DNA of 64,000 bases from Basidiobolus meristosporus CBS 931.73. Lineage: Eukaryota > Fungi > Basidiobolomycota. Both the position numbers and the translations under genes were made by a program. A model generated the notes under the pieces. The model was given only the letters and a program-made list of their open reading frames with translations. It did not search any database and was not told the origin of the DNA. Location: NCBI GenBank assembly GCA_002104905.1, contig MCFE01000233.1:1-64000 (forward strand). The letters are read 5' to 3'. Position 1 is the first letter of the stretch. Each line of letters starts with the position of its first letter. This document shows, piece by piece, positions 13,890 through 27,097 of this stretch.

Positions 13890-14362
13890 CTCAAAGATAA
13901 AACCTACAGAAAAATATATCACGGCATGGGAGGGAGACAATGTGGTATTTGTACAAAAGCCTATCTGGCACTATCAGTGCTTTGTATAGATCTTACTTTA
14001 GGGCAAATGATTTTATATAGTGCCAGATAGTACCAGTGGACTAAGATAGTGCCATGCATTTTTGTGACATGTTACAGGCCACAGGAGCTAGATTCAGAGT
14101 GCCATGGGTATTGAGTACCTGATGCATAACTAAATCCTTTTGTGCTCTTACACATCCTGCACAACATTGATCCACAAAAAAACATCAAAAGATGGATTTT
14201 CTCCTGCATCATAGGTGCAACACAGGGGCTGCTTTGCATGAAGTGGCAGAACTATGTTTCATACTCTGTGGCCAAGGATAGGTTTACTTGGCCTCTCTGG
14301 CACATTATGGCATCATTTGGGACTCATGGCTCAATGTGGCACTATCCAACGGAACAAGTCTA
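13890..14362 (+). mobile_element. Non-autonomous relative of the Harbinger-like family (one TIR visible)
   Basis: Ends GGCACTATCCAACGGAACAAGTCTA, matching the end at 11950-11973; rich in TAGTGCCA motifs; interior unrelated. Confidence 0.55.
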
Positions 14363-15427
14363 TTATTTGTCATGATCCAAACCATGCATTTTTTTTGCAA
14401 TCCAAATTAAGCCATTGCAAATCAGTTATCACTAAACTTATGATATAAGTAATATCAAGGTAGTCTCACCTTTGAGACAGAACCCCTATCAGTAAACACT
14501 CTGCATACATATATATCATCTGTAACACCAGTGCAGCCATTTGATCTATTTACACTTATCCAATTGATTCCATGCTAGCTATGACTCCTTGTCCAATCAC
14601 TAGGATCTGGGCAAAATGGGTTATTTGAAGGTGAATCAGGTAGCTTTTGTACTGGTCAAAGAGCCAACAGGGGGCTGGGCTTCAGGATACCTTTGGATGT
14701 ATTAACCACTGAGATGCCATCCAATTGGAGTGATGGTAACCAAAATGGTAAGTATCAGTGTAGTTTATAGTGTGATACGCATTTATTTCCATTTACATTC
14801 AAGAAACATATCCAAATATTGGATTTTTCCTACCATAATAGCAGTATCAGATTGGGCTTTTGATGTAAGCATTATGAGTGGGCGCAATCATTTGTGCCAA
14901 CCTTATCATGTCAGATTGTGCCATAGTGTGCAAGATTGTCACACATGGTGCACAATTGTCCAAGAGCAATCAAGCCTACTGGTAGTTAAATATTGTACCA
15001 GATTGTTCTTAGAGACTGCAGATTGTGCCATGTGCCCTGGCTCAGTACAATGGAGTGTTACAAGTCTTGGTATAAGAGTTGTAGAGGAATAGGGAGTTTA
15101 GCTAGTATTGTACTCACTAAAACTTGAATTGATCTTTATTGAGATCCCAGCAGCTCCTTATATACATTTTGCCAGATAAATTGCTGACTAATTGTATTTC
15201 CTAATGTAGGCTGTGGCTGATGACTCATTTGATTGCATCATCATCACCCAATAAGATCCTACCTAATATATCTATTTCTGTCTGATAAGGATCTGCCAAT
15301 TCATTTGCTAACTAATACTACAGATCATACTGATATAATGATAACCCAAACATATAACTAATTGATTTGACTAAAAATTGATATAACTTAAACATACAAG
15401 CGGCAGATCATAACAGGAGCAAGTCCA
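14363..15427 (-). mobile_element. Right arm of a Harbinger-like copy, with a solo LTR inserted in its TIR
   Basis: Matches 39010-39726; the terminus CAATGGAG|CAAGTCCA is split by the solo LTR. Confidence 0.75.
15056..15415 (-). repeat. Solo LTR of Ty3/gypsy family A
   Basis: Reverse complement of the LTR at 17059-17426; TGTTAC...TAACA; 4-bp TSD GGAG at 15052-15055 and 15416-15419. Confidence 0.9.
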
Positions 15428-16394
15428 ATATTCAAGAGGCCATTTGAAGTCAAGCACACCATCACCTTAAGGCTGGCATACCATGGGACCATCAGGCACT
15501 CAAGGCCAAGCAGAATGTCCTTGACTTGTTCAACATGCATTATCCTGGATTAAAATGGGCAAACATATCTTGGGCCAGCATTGGTAGGCTAATAAAGTAT
15601 TGTAAGACTAGCAGAAGCTATCAAAGGCAGAGTACAAGGGAGCCATGGCTAAAAACTAGCAGTTTCCTCAAGAACCCATTACAAGCAGTGTCAAAAGCTC
15701 CAAACAAGTGTTAAAGAGATATCAGGTAGCTGGAACAGTGCCAATGAGAGACAAACAGGCAGACATGGATACACCAGCACAACATTAAGCAAGGAAAAAG
15801 TGTAGTACCACCCAAGAAGCACTCAGTCAAAGCAGCAGTGAAGGGCCTGGCAGATATAAAAACCAGCAGCTTTCTCAGGAGCCTGTCACAACTACAGCTG
15901 AGAGTTCAAAGTAAGAGGCAAAGAAGCATCAAGTTGGCAGGGGAGTGCTGGCAAGGGACAAGCAGGCCAAGACAGATGCATCAGAGCAGAATTTATCAAG
16001 GAGATAATATAGTTCATTACAAGAAGCTCTCTGAAAATTAGCAGTGAAAGACATGGCAGTAATAACAGAAAAGGCATAGAAAAATATGTCTACCCAAGCC
16101 TGGGACAAGGAAGCATACAAAGAAAAACTGCAGCTCTTGCCAATTAACGCTGTAAGCCCAGAGCAAACTGAATCTCATCTTAGCCAAGAATAATTACTAA
16201 CAAGAAAACAGCTGTTTTGACAAGAGCTGCAAGTGCAGCCAGCTTGGTTACTCTCTAGTGGGGTAGATGAGTTTACTAAGAAAGACAATTTGTTAGCCGC
16301 AGCCTCCATGTTGTCCATTGTTGACTGAGTGGAGTTCCCATTGACAGACTAAGAACTCAGCCATGGAAATAGAGTGGTACAGCAGAAATACTTG

Positions 16395-17058
16395 TTGATT
16401 TCAAGATGTTGTATCCATTGTGTAGCTTAAGTATTGAATCCAAGCAAGTTATATATGGGCAATAGGCAATAGGGCTTCAATCAACTATTTGGTAGAGTGT
16501 TTCATCCTGTACCACAAATTTGCTGGCTTCATCCCAGATTATCATCTTAATCTCTTCATCCACCTCAATAGGAATGGCTTGCTCCTCCAAGTACTTTGGT
16601 AAAAGGCAAGGCCATTCTGATTCATGCACTAAGTTGAGTTATGCAACTTGTTCTAATCTTGATAAGCCATTAGCAACCATGTTGTGTTTCACAGGTCAGT
16701 AGACAATCTCCAAATTAAATTGCTGAGTGTATTCACTCCATCTTGTCATTCCTCTAGCAAGTACTGTCTGAGCAAATATATACTTGAGGGAGGCATGATC
16801 AGTCTTCACAGTGGATTTGACTCCTTCAGTTTAGCCTCTCCATGTCTTCAAGCAGTGTATTATGGCAAGCATCTCCTTCTCAAGCACTGCATAGTTTTGT
16901 TCTGCTGAGTTCAGTTTCTTGGACTTGAAGGCAACAGGGTAGTCCTTTGCCTTGTGTTCTTAGCTCAACACTCCATCAATCACATCATCTGAAGCATCTG
17001 TCCACAGAGTAAACACTTTTCTGAAGTCAGGTGCTCCTAGGCTTGGCAGCTTAGCAAG
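16395..17058 (-). mobile_element. Inverted fragment of Ty3/gypsy family A (RNase H to pre-integrase region)
   Basis: Reverse-complement match to ~19700-20350. Confidence 0.85.
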
Positions 17059-17426
17059 TGTTATGATCTACTGCTTGAATGTTTAAGTTAGATTGGTTTT
17101 TAGTCAAATCAATTAGTATATGTTTAGGTTATCAGTATATCAGTATTATCTATCAAATCAGTAGCATTAGTCAGCAAATGAATCAGCAGATCCTTATCAG
17201 ACAGAAATATATATATTAAGTAGGATCTTATTGGGTGATGATGATGCAAGCAAATGAGTCATCAGCCACAACCTACATTAGGAAATACAATTAGTCAGCA
17301 ATTTATCTGGCAAAATGTATATAAGGAGCTGCTGGAACCTCAATAAAAATCAGCCCAAGTTTTAGTGAATACAATACTAGCTAAGCTCCCTATTCCTCTA
17401 CAACTCTTATACCAAGACTTGTAACA
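17059..17426 (+). repeat. 5' LTR, family A
   Basis: TG..CA; about 16 substitutions versus the 3' LTR by manual count (~96% identity). Confidence 0.95.
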
Positions 17427-17484
17427 TTGGTAGCAGCAATAACCAGAAACCTCCCTCCTGAAGAAAGAAGAAACCACCCTCAAG

Positions 17485-20400
17485 ATGTTGGACAATCAAG
17501 AATGGAAGAATGCCATGCAGCAAATCCTGGCCCAACAGCAACAGTTACTCCAGATCCTGAGCCAACAGCAACAAGGAATGACTACCATGGCTCAGAACCA
17601 GCAAAGCCCTGTTAAGAGCAACTTTAGTGTGAAGGTCAACCAGTACCATGGCAGAGTCAATGAAAACCTGGGAACTTGGCTCTTCCAGATTGAAGAAGCT
17701 TTTAAAGATAAAGGAATTGCTCCAGAAAGCAAGTTGCATTATGCAGCTTCTTACCTGGCAGATGCAGCCTTACAGTGGTACCACAACAAGATCAGGTCAG
17801 CCACTATGATGGGATGCTCTACAATCTCTTCCTGGGATGAGTTTGTGTCAGAAATTCAGGATGCTTTTGAACCTCCACACCAGCAGACACTACTAAGAAG
17901 GAAGTTAAAGACACTCAGACAGAAAGGAATGGTTCAAGAATACATCTATGAGTACCAATGTCTACTTTGACAAATTGATACAATGGACCCCCTGGATCAA
18001 GTTGAATACTTCATTGATGGGTTGAAAGAAGGAACTCGCAAGGAAGTGAATTATCAAAGACCTCAGACAATAGAAGAAGCCATCAAGATTGCCATAGACT
18101 ATGACTCAGCTATGTTTGGAGTTGGGAAGCCTACAGTGACTAATCAGAAAAGCTACAATCATTATGAAAGAAGACAGTCAGAAGCAGTACCAATGGATAT
18201 AGATGCTATGCAGAAGAATCCTACCTCAGAAGAATGTAAGAAGAAAGGACTTTGCTTCATTTGCCACCAGCAGGGACATATTGCAAAGCACTGCCCTCAG
18301 AGAAGAAATGGACACCAGCCATCAAGAACCTTTAACCGTCTTGAGGCCATGGAGCATAGTAACATGAAGGATGAGCTTGAAGAAGACTCAGAACTCACCT
18401 TCCACATGACAGAAGAATACGTATCCCAGATGACCTCAAACTCAGGAAAGCTATTATACTTGAATGGAGTAATCAATGGAGTACCTGCCAAGATCATGGT
18501 TGACTCAGGAGCATTGCATGAGTACATGTCAGAGCAATTTGCTTTGAAAGCTGGAATCAACTTGGAACCTACCAAATCAACTTCAGTCTCCACAGCTGAT
18601 GGGAACTCCCACATAATCAACTGTATTACCCAGCCAGTAAGAATGAAGATCAATGACTATGAAGAAGACCTACAGGCTTATATATTTGGGAACTGCAAGT
18701 TTGACCTTGTACTTGGAAAAACCTGGCTATTCTGTTGTAATCCATCAATCAACTGGAGGACTCATGCTACTCAGATCCAAAAAGACAACAAGACCTATGA
18801 GCTATTACCTGCCAGGCTGGATTTCAACTTGGTCAATTCCAGTGTGTGTGAGACAAGTGAACTTAGTAAGACACCTTACAGAATGAGTCCATTGGAATTG
18901 GAGGAAATGAAGAGACAAATTGATCAGCTATTGGAGCAAGGATACATCAGGCCCAGCAAGTCACCCTGGGGAGCACCAGTGCTTTTTGTGAAAAAGAAGG
19001 ATGGAACACTTAGGATATGCATTGCCTACAGAGCCCTGAACTCAGTTACCGTCAAGAATAAGTACCCCATACCTTGGATTGATGAGCTTTTGGACCAACT
19101 TAATGGAGCCACTATATTCAGCAAGATTGACCTCATGTCAGGATACAACCAAATTAGGGTGAAACCAGAAGATATTCCTAAGATAGTATTCAAGACCAGA
19201 TATGGGCATACAAGTACTTAGTCATGCGTTTTGGCCTCACCAATGCCCCTGCAACATTCATGACGCTGATGCAGACTCTCTTTCAGGAGTACTTAGACAA
19301 GTTTGTGATAATCTACCTGGATGACATATTGATATACAGCAAGACAGAAGAGGATCATGTAGTGCACACTGAAAAGGTCTTGAAGAAACTAAGAGATAAC
19401 AAGCTATATGGCAAGCTAGCCAAGTGTGAATTCTTCAAGGAGCATGTTGAATACATGGGACACATAGTGACTAGCACAGGAGTAACCTTAGACCCAAAGA
19501 AGGTGGAAGTAATCAAGAATTTGAAACAGCCCCATAGCATATCAGAGCTCAGATCATTCCTTGGAATGGTTTCCTATTATCTGAGATTTGTCAAGTTGTT
19601 TGCAAGTATTGCAGCCCCTTTAACTGATATCCTCAAGAAAGACAATACCTACAAATAGGTCATAGCTTGTGAGACTGCATTCCAGACGCTCAAGAATGAA
19701 CTTGCTAAGCTGCCAAGCTTAAGAATACCAGACTTCAGAAAAGAGTTAACTCTGTGCACAGATGCTTCAGATTATGCAATTGGTGGAGTGCTGAGCCAAG
19801 AACACAAGGGAAAGGACTACCCTGTTGCCTTCAAATCCAAGAAACTGAACTCAGCAGAACAAAACTATCCAGTCCATGAGAAGGAGATGCTTGCTATAAT
19901 ACACCATTTGAAGACATGGAGATGCTATATTGAAGTAGTCAAATGCACTGTGAAGACTGATCATGCCTCCCTCTAGTATATATTTACTCAGAAGGTACTC
20001 TCTAGAAGAATGACAAGATGGAGTGAATACATTCAGCAATTTGACCTGGAGATTGTCTACTGCCCTGGAAAAAACAACATGGTTGCTGATGCCTTATCAT
20101 AATGAGATCAAGTTGCACAACTCAACTTGGTGCATGAATCAGATTGGCCTAGCCTATTACCAAAGTACTTGGAGGACCAAGCCATTCCTAATGAGGTGGA
20201 TGAAGATATCAACAAGATAATCCGTGATGAAGCCCACAAATTTGTTGTACAGGATGAAACACTCTACCAAATTGTTGATGGAAGCCCTATTGCCTATTGT
20301 CCTTATGTTGCTTGCCTGGATTTAATACATAAGCTACACAATGGATATGGATATCTTGGGACTGAAGGAACCTATAGCCTTGTGAAGACCAGAGCATGGT

Positions 20401-21395
20401 GGCCTAGAATGAAGCAAGACATTGAGAAGCTAGTACAAACATGCCCAAACTGCCAAATCAATCAAGGCCAGCCACAAAGAATTGCCAAACTCTTCCCTTT
20501 GGAGCCTGTAAGACCATTTGAGAGATGGGGAATTGACTTTATTGGAAGACTGCCAACTACCAGGAAATGCAACCGTTGGATCCTAGTAGCAATTGACCAT
20601 GCCATTAAATGGCCAGTTGCTAAAGCTGTACCAATAGCCAGTGAACAAGAAGTTGCAAGTTTCATTTACCATGAGATCCTGATGAAGTTTGGATGCCCTG
20701 TGGAGATCTTATCTGATAGAGGAGCAAACTTTATGGCAAAGATATTAGAGGCTTACCTGGGAATGCAGCAGATCAGGCACTTGAAAACCTTGGCATATCA
20801 CCCCAGAACTAATGGGGTCACTGAGCAGTTCAATGGATTATTTGGAAAAATGCTGACCAAGCATGCAAATGGAGTTGTCAGTAGATGGGATGAGTATATA
20901 GACCAAGCACTCTTTGCATGCAGAGTCAGAGTACACAACACCACCCAGCAATCACCATTTTACTTAGTGTATGGATGTGAACCAAGGATTCCAGGAGATC
21001 TCACACAACCCAAGCTTACAGATGCCTTAGAAGATGAATTTAGTCAGCCAAGTAGACACCAGCAACTGGAACAAAGATGTCAAGAGGCACAGACCAAAGT
21101 ATCTCAAAGCGCAGAAAAGATGAAGCAGAGATTTGATAAGACTATAGCACCAGAAGCATTGACAGTTGGGAACTTTGTATTGCTTAGAAACAACACTTGG
21201 AAGAAGTTTGAGCCACAATGGACAGGACCACTCAAGATCATCAGAGAATGTCCATTTGCAACTTACCAACTGGTGGACAAACAAGGCAATATCCGGGAAG
21301 ACTTAGTGCATAGGGACAGACTCAAGCTTGCAAGACTTGCTGATAATACTGAACCATCAAGATATTGGTATCACAAGAAAAGAGATTCAGGATAA
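17485..21395 (+). pseudogene. gag-pol of family A, broken by stops, frameshifts and an apparent deletion between protease and RT
   Basis: [14 protein letters not shown]; IMVDSGA; IYLDDILIY; CTDASDYAIG; WGIDFIG, ILSDRG and TNGVTE integrase motifs; no chromodomain visible. Confidence 0.9.
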
Positions 21396-21420
21396 CCCTC
21401 TCAACTGTAGTAAGGGAGAA

Positions 21421-21788
21421 TGTTATGATCTGCCGCTTGAATGTTTAAGTTAGATCAGTTTTTAGTCAAATCAATTAGTATATGTTTAGGTTATCAGTAC
21501 ATCAGTATTATCTATGAAATCAGTAGCATTAGTCAGCAAATGAATCAGCAGATCCTTATCAGACAGAAATAGATATATTAAGTAGGATCTTATTGGGTGA
21601 TGATGATGCAATCAAATGAGTCATCAGCCACAACCTACATTAGGAAATACAATTAGTCAGCAATTGATCTGGTAAAATGTATATAAGGAGCTGCTGGAAC
21701 ATCAATAAAAATCAGTTCAAGTTTCAGTGAATACAATACTAGCTAAACTCCGTATTCCTCTACAACTCTTATACCAAGACTTGTAACA
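21421..21788 (+). repeat. 3' LTR, family A
   Basis: Direct repeat of 17059-17426, preceded by the PPT. Confidence 0.95.
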
Positions 21789-21986
21789 ACAGCACTTATA
21801 AAATGTTGCCAAGTTGGATCCCATTATTTGGTAGTAAAATTAGCCAAACACCATTGTGATCCCATCATAAGATTGTTAGAAGGTTCACTAATTCCAAGCT
21901 GCAGGTATTATGATGGTCTCTAAACATGATCATGACAGCTGATCCAGATTGGATCTACCAGCAGGACCAAATCACTCTTCATAGGG
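21789..21986 (+). mobile_element. Terminal fragment of a CACTA-like copy
   Basis: Matches the reverse complement of 7589-7760 and 26100-26272; ends TTCATAGGG. Confidence 0.65.
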
Positions 21987-24900
21987 TATAAGCTATTGAC
22001 CAGAATATTTAGTTAATTGGGGACTGAAGTTACTTAATATAGGGGGTATCTATTGAAGTAAAATCTCTCCACTGGGAGCAATGCATTTGCTTTTCAATAA
22101 TATCCCCATACTGATGACTAAGTTTTGCCTGGGGCATTTCAAGCTAAATGAGCCCTTTGAGGTACAGGAGAAACTTGAAAGAATTGGCAGTATATTGCAG
22201 GGTATCTGCTACCCAAAGTACTTCCATGTGCTCCAAGGAATAGTTATGCACATATGTAACTATACAAATGCTAGGGCTGAATGAGCTAGATATGTATATT
22301 TTCAAGTGGCCTTTGGAAGCCATATCTACTAAGAGCACTGAAAGCATTGGGGGTCATAGGTTGACATTGTTGTAACACTTATCCAGAAATACATCTCCAA
22401 TGCCTAGTTGAAGCATCTACAGCTTTGATGCAAAGGAGTTTGAGGCAGATTTTGAGCTGCTATACTGTAAGCATGAAGCTGAATGCATATATCTCTGCTG
22501 CTACTATATCCATTCTCTACTTCATCTTGCATAGTGTGTGGAGAACATTGGGCCTTGCTTCTGTTGAAATATTGGAATATTTGGTATCATTCAGCAGCTA
22601 AAAATTTACTTAACAATTCCAGACTAGTCTTAGTCACAGTAGGACTCATCTACTGCCTTAACTTTGCCACTTTCTCCAGATATATGATCTTATGTTTATT
22701 CCCCTATAGTCAGGATAAATTAGCACTATTACCAAACATTATGTACTAACCCTGAAACTGCTAGAGAATGCTCCTGAATATTGAGAAACCCTCCCTACTT
22801 AGTGTTACAGCTGTATTACTTCTCTACCCAGAGTGCTTTGTCATGCCTACTTCCAGCAAATGGTCCACTTGACCAGATGATGTCACCCTCAATGTCAGAC
22901 AGTGCTTGAAACTTCATGCAGTGTGCCTTGTATTTGCCAGGATAAAAGTGCCTCTGCCCTCTAGAAGGTCTGTTAATCCTGACTGGGAAGGTATCCAAAA
23001 TACTGCTTACATGGAACCTGTTGCTGAACACTCTGGTATATGGAAGTCTATTGGAGCTTCTGAACCTAGTATTCTAAGCTTGCTCAAAGTCATTCATACC
23101 CTCTGCAAGGTGGTACTCTGTTGCTGTCAGCTGGGAATGAAAGCTTTTAGGACTTTTGTTGCCATGGATGGTGGGATGAAACCTTGTGGGGCAATAGTTC
23201 TTGTAATAGCAGATAAGCTAAACAAGGGATTTCCCTGAGTAGACTGGGGTAGATGGTTCACAGTACTTGGTATAGATCTCCTCTGGTATGTCAAATGGAA
23301 ATCAAGTGGTAGTGCCGGGGTGAATGAGAAAAGACCATTCAAGTGAGTGAATTGTATTAAAACTGGTAGGTGATTGGGCTGAGGTGAACTGAAGTGATTT
23401 GGCGCAATCAGCTTTATTTATCTGATTTTCCATGCATTATGATTAAATTGCCATCAATGGCCATATATCCCATCATCATGTCACAAAAATCATCCTCAAA
23501 CAGTTACTTAGTATTGTTATTGATGCTCTACTCACAGCTCTATGATTAAATAGGAAATCTGCAACTTATAGGATCCAATCCATGTCAATGCAATTCATGG
23601 TGCATCATGCACAATATATGAAAAATTCAACAATCACATTAGCTTTCCTATATATTTCATATAAGACCAGGTTGATGCCAATACACTACTTTATAAGTAT
23701 CCAAATCAATCACTATGTTCCCTATACAAAGTCTCAACTCATCTTCAGTACAACGCAGACAAAACCCATCCCCCAGCTCACAAGTGAGGTCCAGACTGGA
23801 GAAGTCAATGTTGGATCTGATTGAGTTCTTACTGAGTGATTTAGTATGGCCCAAGTGACTATGATGAGCCTATATACAGATATTTGGGCACTACTCATTA
23901 ATCTAGCAGAACTAGATATCTCAGAGAATCAACAGAGATGGACAAAGCTCAGTAGAAAGCTGTGGCATGAGTTCTACATCAAGATACCAGCAGATGTATG
24001 TAAGAAGATATATAACAAGACAAGTTTTGAAATCAAAAATGAGCAGAGAGTGAGGGGATACTGTGAGGAAGCCATGCAGAAGCAATTTTGCATGCAATTT
24101 GCACAGTACAGGCCGGACACGTCAGTTTGTGCCTGATCTTTGGGAACCAAAGAGAATTTTAATGTGTTTTTGCCTTAAATGATTAATGTATATATGATAT
24201 ATTAGTAGAGCTAAGTGGCTTCCAAGAGCAATATACACAGGACTCATCCAGGCAACAGTTCTAATGTATAAGACAGAGGGTAAGTGAATACCTTGATGAA
24301 TTGGAAGGTGAGCTTAAGAGGAAGAATACAGACCACATGCAACAGCATCTAGATTGCACCAGCATGCCTTGCAGGACTCCTTACCATCCCTTAGAACTTC
24401 AGCATGCCAGCGCTTGTCAGTCCAAACTACACTAATACCCTTCACAAGAGCACCCCGCATCAAGTCAATGTGCTTTGGGTCAATGCATGTGCTCCACCAG
24501 AACTTGCCAAACTGCTCATTTAGCCACAAGCCCATTAGAGCAGGCCAGGTCATGTCAACAAGAAGCATCACATCAAACTCAGCCAAGGGCCATACCAGTG
24601 CATTAAGTCACGCCTGCATGTTTCATTGTATAACTCTTGTTTCTCTTGAGCCAAACAGCACATTCTTTTGCAACCCAACTTGAGCCATTGTAAATCAGTG
24701 ATCACTAAATCTTTGATATAAGCAATATCAAGGTTGTCTCCTATTTCAGACAGAACCCCTATAAATAGACACCCTGCATGCATATGCATCACCTGTTACA
24801 CCAGGCAGCCTTTTGATCTGTTTTACACCTACTGGGTTGGTTGTGTGCTAGCAATGACACCTTGTCCAATCACTAGGCTCAGGGATTTATTTGCTCCATG

Positions 24901-26272
24901 GGCAAAATAGGATATTTGAGGGTGAATCAGGTAGCTTGTGTATTAGTCAAAGAACTACTTGGGGGCTGGCAGCTTCAGGATACTTTTGTACCTATTAACA
25001 ACTGAGATACCATCCAATTGAAGTGATGGTAACAAAAATGGTAAGTATCAGTGTAGTTGATAGTGTGATTGGCATTTATTTCTATTCACATTAAAGAAAC
25101 ATATCCAAATACCTGATTTTACCTACTGTAATAGGGGTATCCAAGTGCCCATGTTATGCAAACATTATGAGTTGGTGCAATCATCCGTGCCAACCTCATT
25201 GTGTTGGATTATGCCATAGTCTGCAAGATTGTCCCACATGATGCAAAATATCCAAGAGCAATCCTGCCTACTGGTAACTATAATATTGCACCCATTTGAT
25301 CTTGGAGAGTGTGGATTGTGCTGCATGCCTTGGCATAGTACAATGGACCAGGTCTAATCAGTTAAAAAATGCAAAGTTGGGGTGGGTGCAAAAAGCAATT
25401 GATTGTTGTTGGGAAAGCTTTAACAAAGTATGAAGGAGTTCTCCTGGTCGCAAGCCAAATTCTACACCATCTAATCTGGTACTTAAACAAGCAAGATCCA
25501 GAGTGCACCTACAAGGGGTACTACAATCCAGTAGGGATCAGGGATATATTGACCAAGTACCAAGAAGTTCTTGGTGGATATTCAGGAGGTATTTGTGGCA
25601 GAAGTGGTGGCAACAAAGAATATGTTTTCAAGTTATACATTTTATCATTAATATAACAGGTATGGCAACTCAGCAAGTATCACACTATAAAGTCACAAAC
25701 TTGTGGTGATAGAAGTGTGTCAATTGTAGCAAGTGTGTGCTTATATAGAGGTTAGTAAGCAGGAGGCCATAGTTCATTTTTCATTCAAACTATATGTGGA
25801 ATACCCAATGTAATAGTGGATAAGCAAATTATGAAGGTTAATAGTAAAGTGGAATATACAAATGGTGCAAGGGGAGAACAAAAAAGAGAATATCATTTGG
25901 TAAGTTGGTGCAGTATTATAATCCAGAACAAGCAGTAGGTTACTGTACTCCCATTATAATGCCAGGAAAGATTTGCAATGAGGGCATCAGAACATTGTCA
26001 AGTTTCTTGCTATAAAAGGCAAATGGATGTATGAAGGGAGCATCAAGACTACTGGAATACTATGCATTTCTCATCAGAAAACTGCTGAAATGCTGCTGGT
26101 CTTCCTACTCTATTTGGCAGTAAAATTAACAAAATGCTGTCACAACTCCATTATAAGATTGTGAGGATGGTCAATAGTTCCAAGCTACCAGCATTATGAT
26201 GGACTTATTGCAGGATTCAGATGACTTATCTGGATCAGATCCACCCCCTGGACCAAGTTATGTTTCATAGGG
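21987..26272 (+). mobile_element. CACTA-like copy (transposase middle and C-terminal part on +), containing a Harbinger-like copy
   Basis: MHLLFNNIPILMTK remnant (22081-22284); resumes at 25357, matching the reverse complement of ~7750-8530; ends TTCATAGGG at 26272. Confidence 0.65.
22810..25356 (-). mobile_element. PIF/Harbinger-like copy 2 (transposase-side end lost)
   Basis: ILDTFPVRINRP...FQALSDIEG...GSRHD remnant (22816-23031); Myb-like ORF remnant 23846-24136 (+); right end TGGACCAGGTCTA. Confidence 0.8.
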
Positions 26273-27097
26273 CACATAAGTGGATTTCAATTGGTCCTCT
26301 ACCAATTCTCTGACTTTCTCATCACATACACTCAATCACCTCCTATATTTGTGTAAATTGATGGCTATTGCCTCTTTTTACACTTCTTACTTCCGTACTT
26401 GACTGATTAACTTACACTTTACTCATACAAGTTGATTTATTTCCATTAGAATTTCAGCTGTGTCTCAATTGCCAGTTGTAATGGCCTATACAAGTCCCTA
26501 TATTCTACACAGATATTGAGTCCAGCCTTACAGTCATCAAATAACTTCATTAAACTCACTGTTCAACCAGTATATTTGCTGTAACACTCTTTTTCCATAA
26601 TTTTAGTAGGAACCCTGTAACTTTATGCCACTGTTCTTCCTTTGGTACTCATATGTTCTGTTCTTCAGCTGGCACTGCAAGGTCTAGCAACTCATCTGCC
26701 AGTCTTTGCAATATCAATTGCATATACTTGATCACTTCTCCAGAAGAAGAGCTGCAACCTCTTAGTGTGCCTACCAATCGTCCAAAACTCTACAGTTGAC
26801 ATTAAGATACTCTTATGAGCTCTTAACAATGTTGCTTTGTCTGTCAATGGGATCTCCACTCTCTCTGCAATAGAGGGTGTGGAGGCAGGGGTAAATCAAT
26901 GGCTTTTCTCTGTAACCACTCTACCTCACTGGAGAGTAGCTCAATTGGCTATGCTTACAAATCTTGAGAGCACAGCTGTGACCTTGTTAGTATATTTTTT
27001 GGCTATGATAGAATTCAGCCTGTTCTGGGCTAAGAGCATTTATAGGTGAGAACTGCAGCTTTTTGTACACTTACCTGTGACTGGCTTGGGTAGACTT
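26273..27097 (-). mobile_element. CACTA-like ORF2 arm fragment (inverted)
   Basis: Reverse-complement similarity to ~46190-47030 and direct similarity to 4670-5450. Confidence 0.65.

Larger units (their letters stand above)
7589..16395 (-). mobile_element. CACTA/Mirage-like DNA transposon, longest copy (transposase on -, divergent ORF2 on +), interrupted by several insertions
   Basis: Starts CCCTATGAAAAA at 7589; transposase remnants SDILDGKYYKQL, WPLILINLNLP...NLMVVSLVSGPK and MHLLYNNIP; ORF2 at 13438-13881 continues at 15428-16395. Confidence 0.7.
17059..21788 (+). mobile_element. Ty3/gypsy LTR retrotransposon family A, near full length, inactive
   Basis: 368-bp LTRs TGTTATG...GTAACA; PBS TGGTAGCAGC after the 5' LTR; PPT TAAGGGAGAA at 21411-21420; gag, zinc knuckle, protease, RT, RH and integrase in gypsy order. 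Confidence 0.95.
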
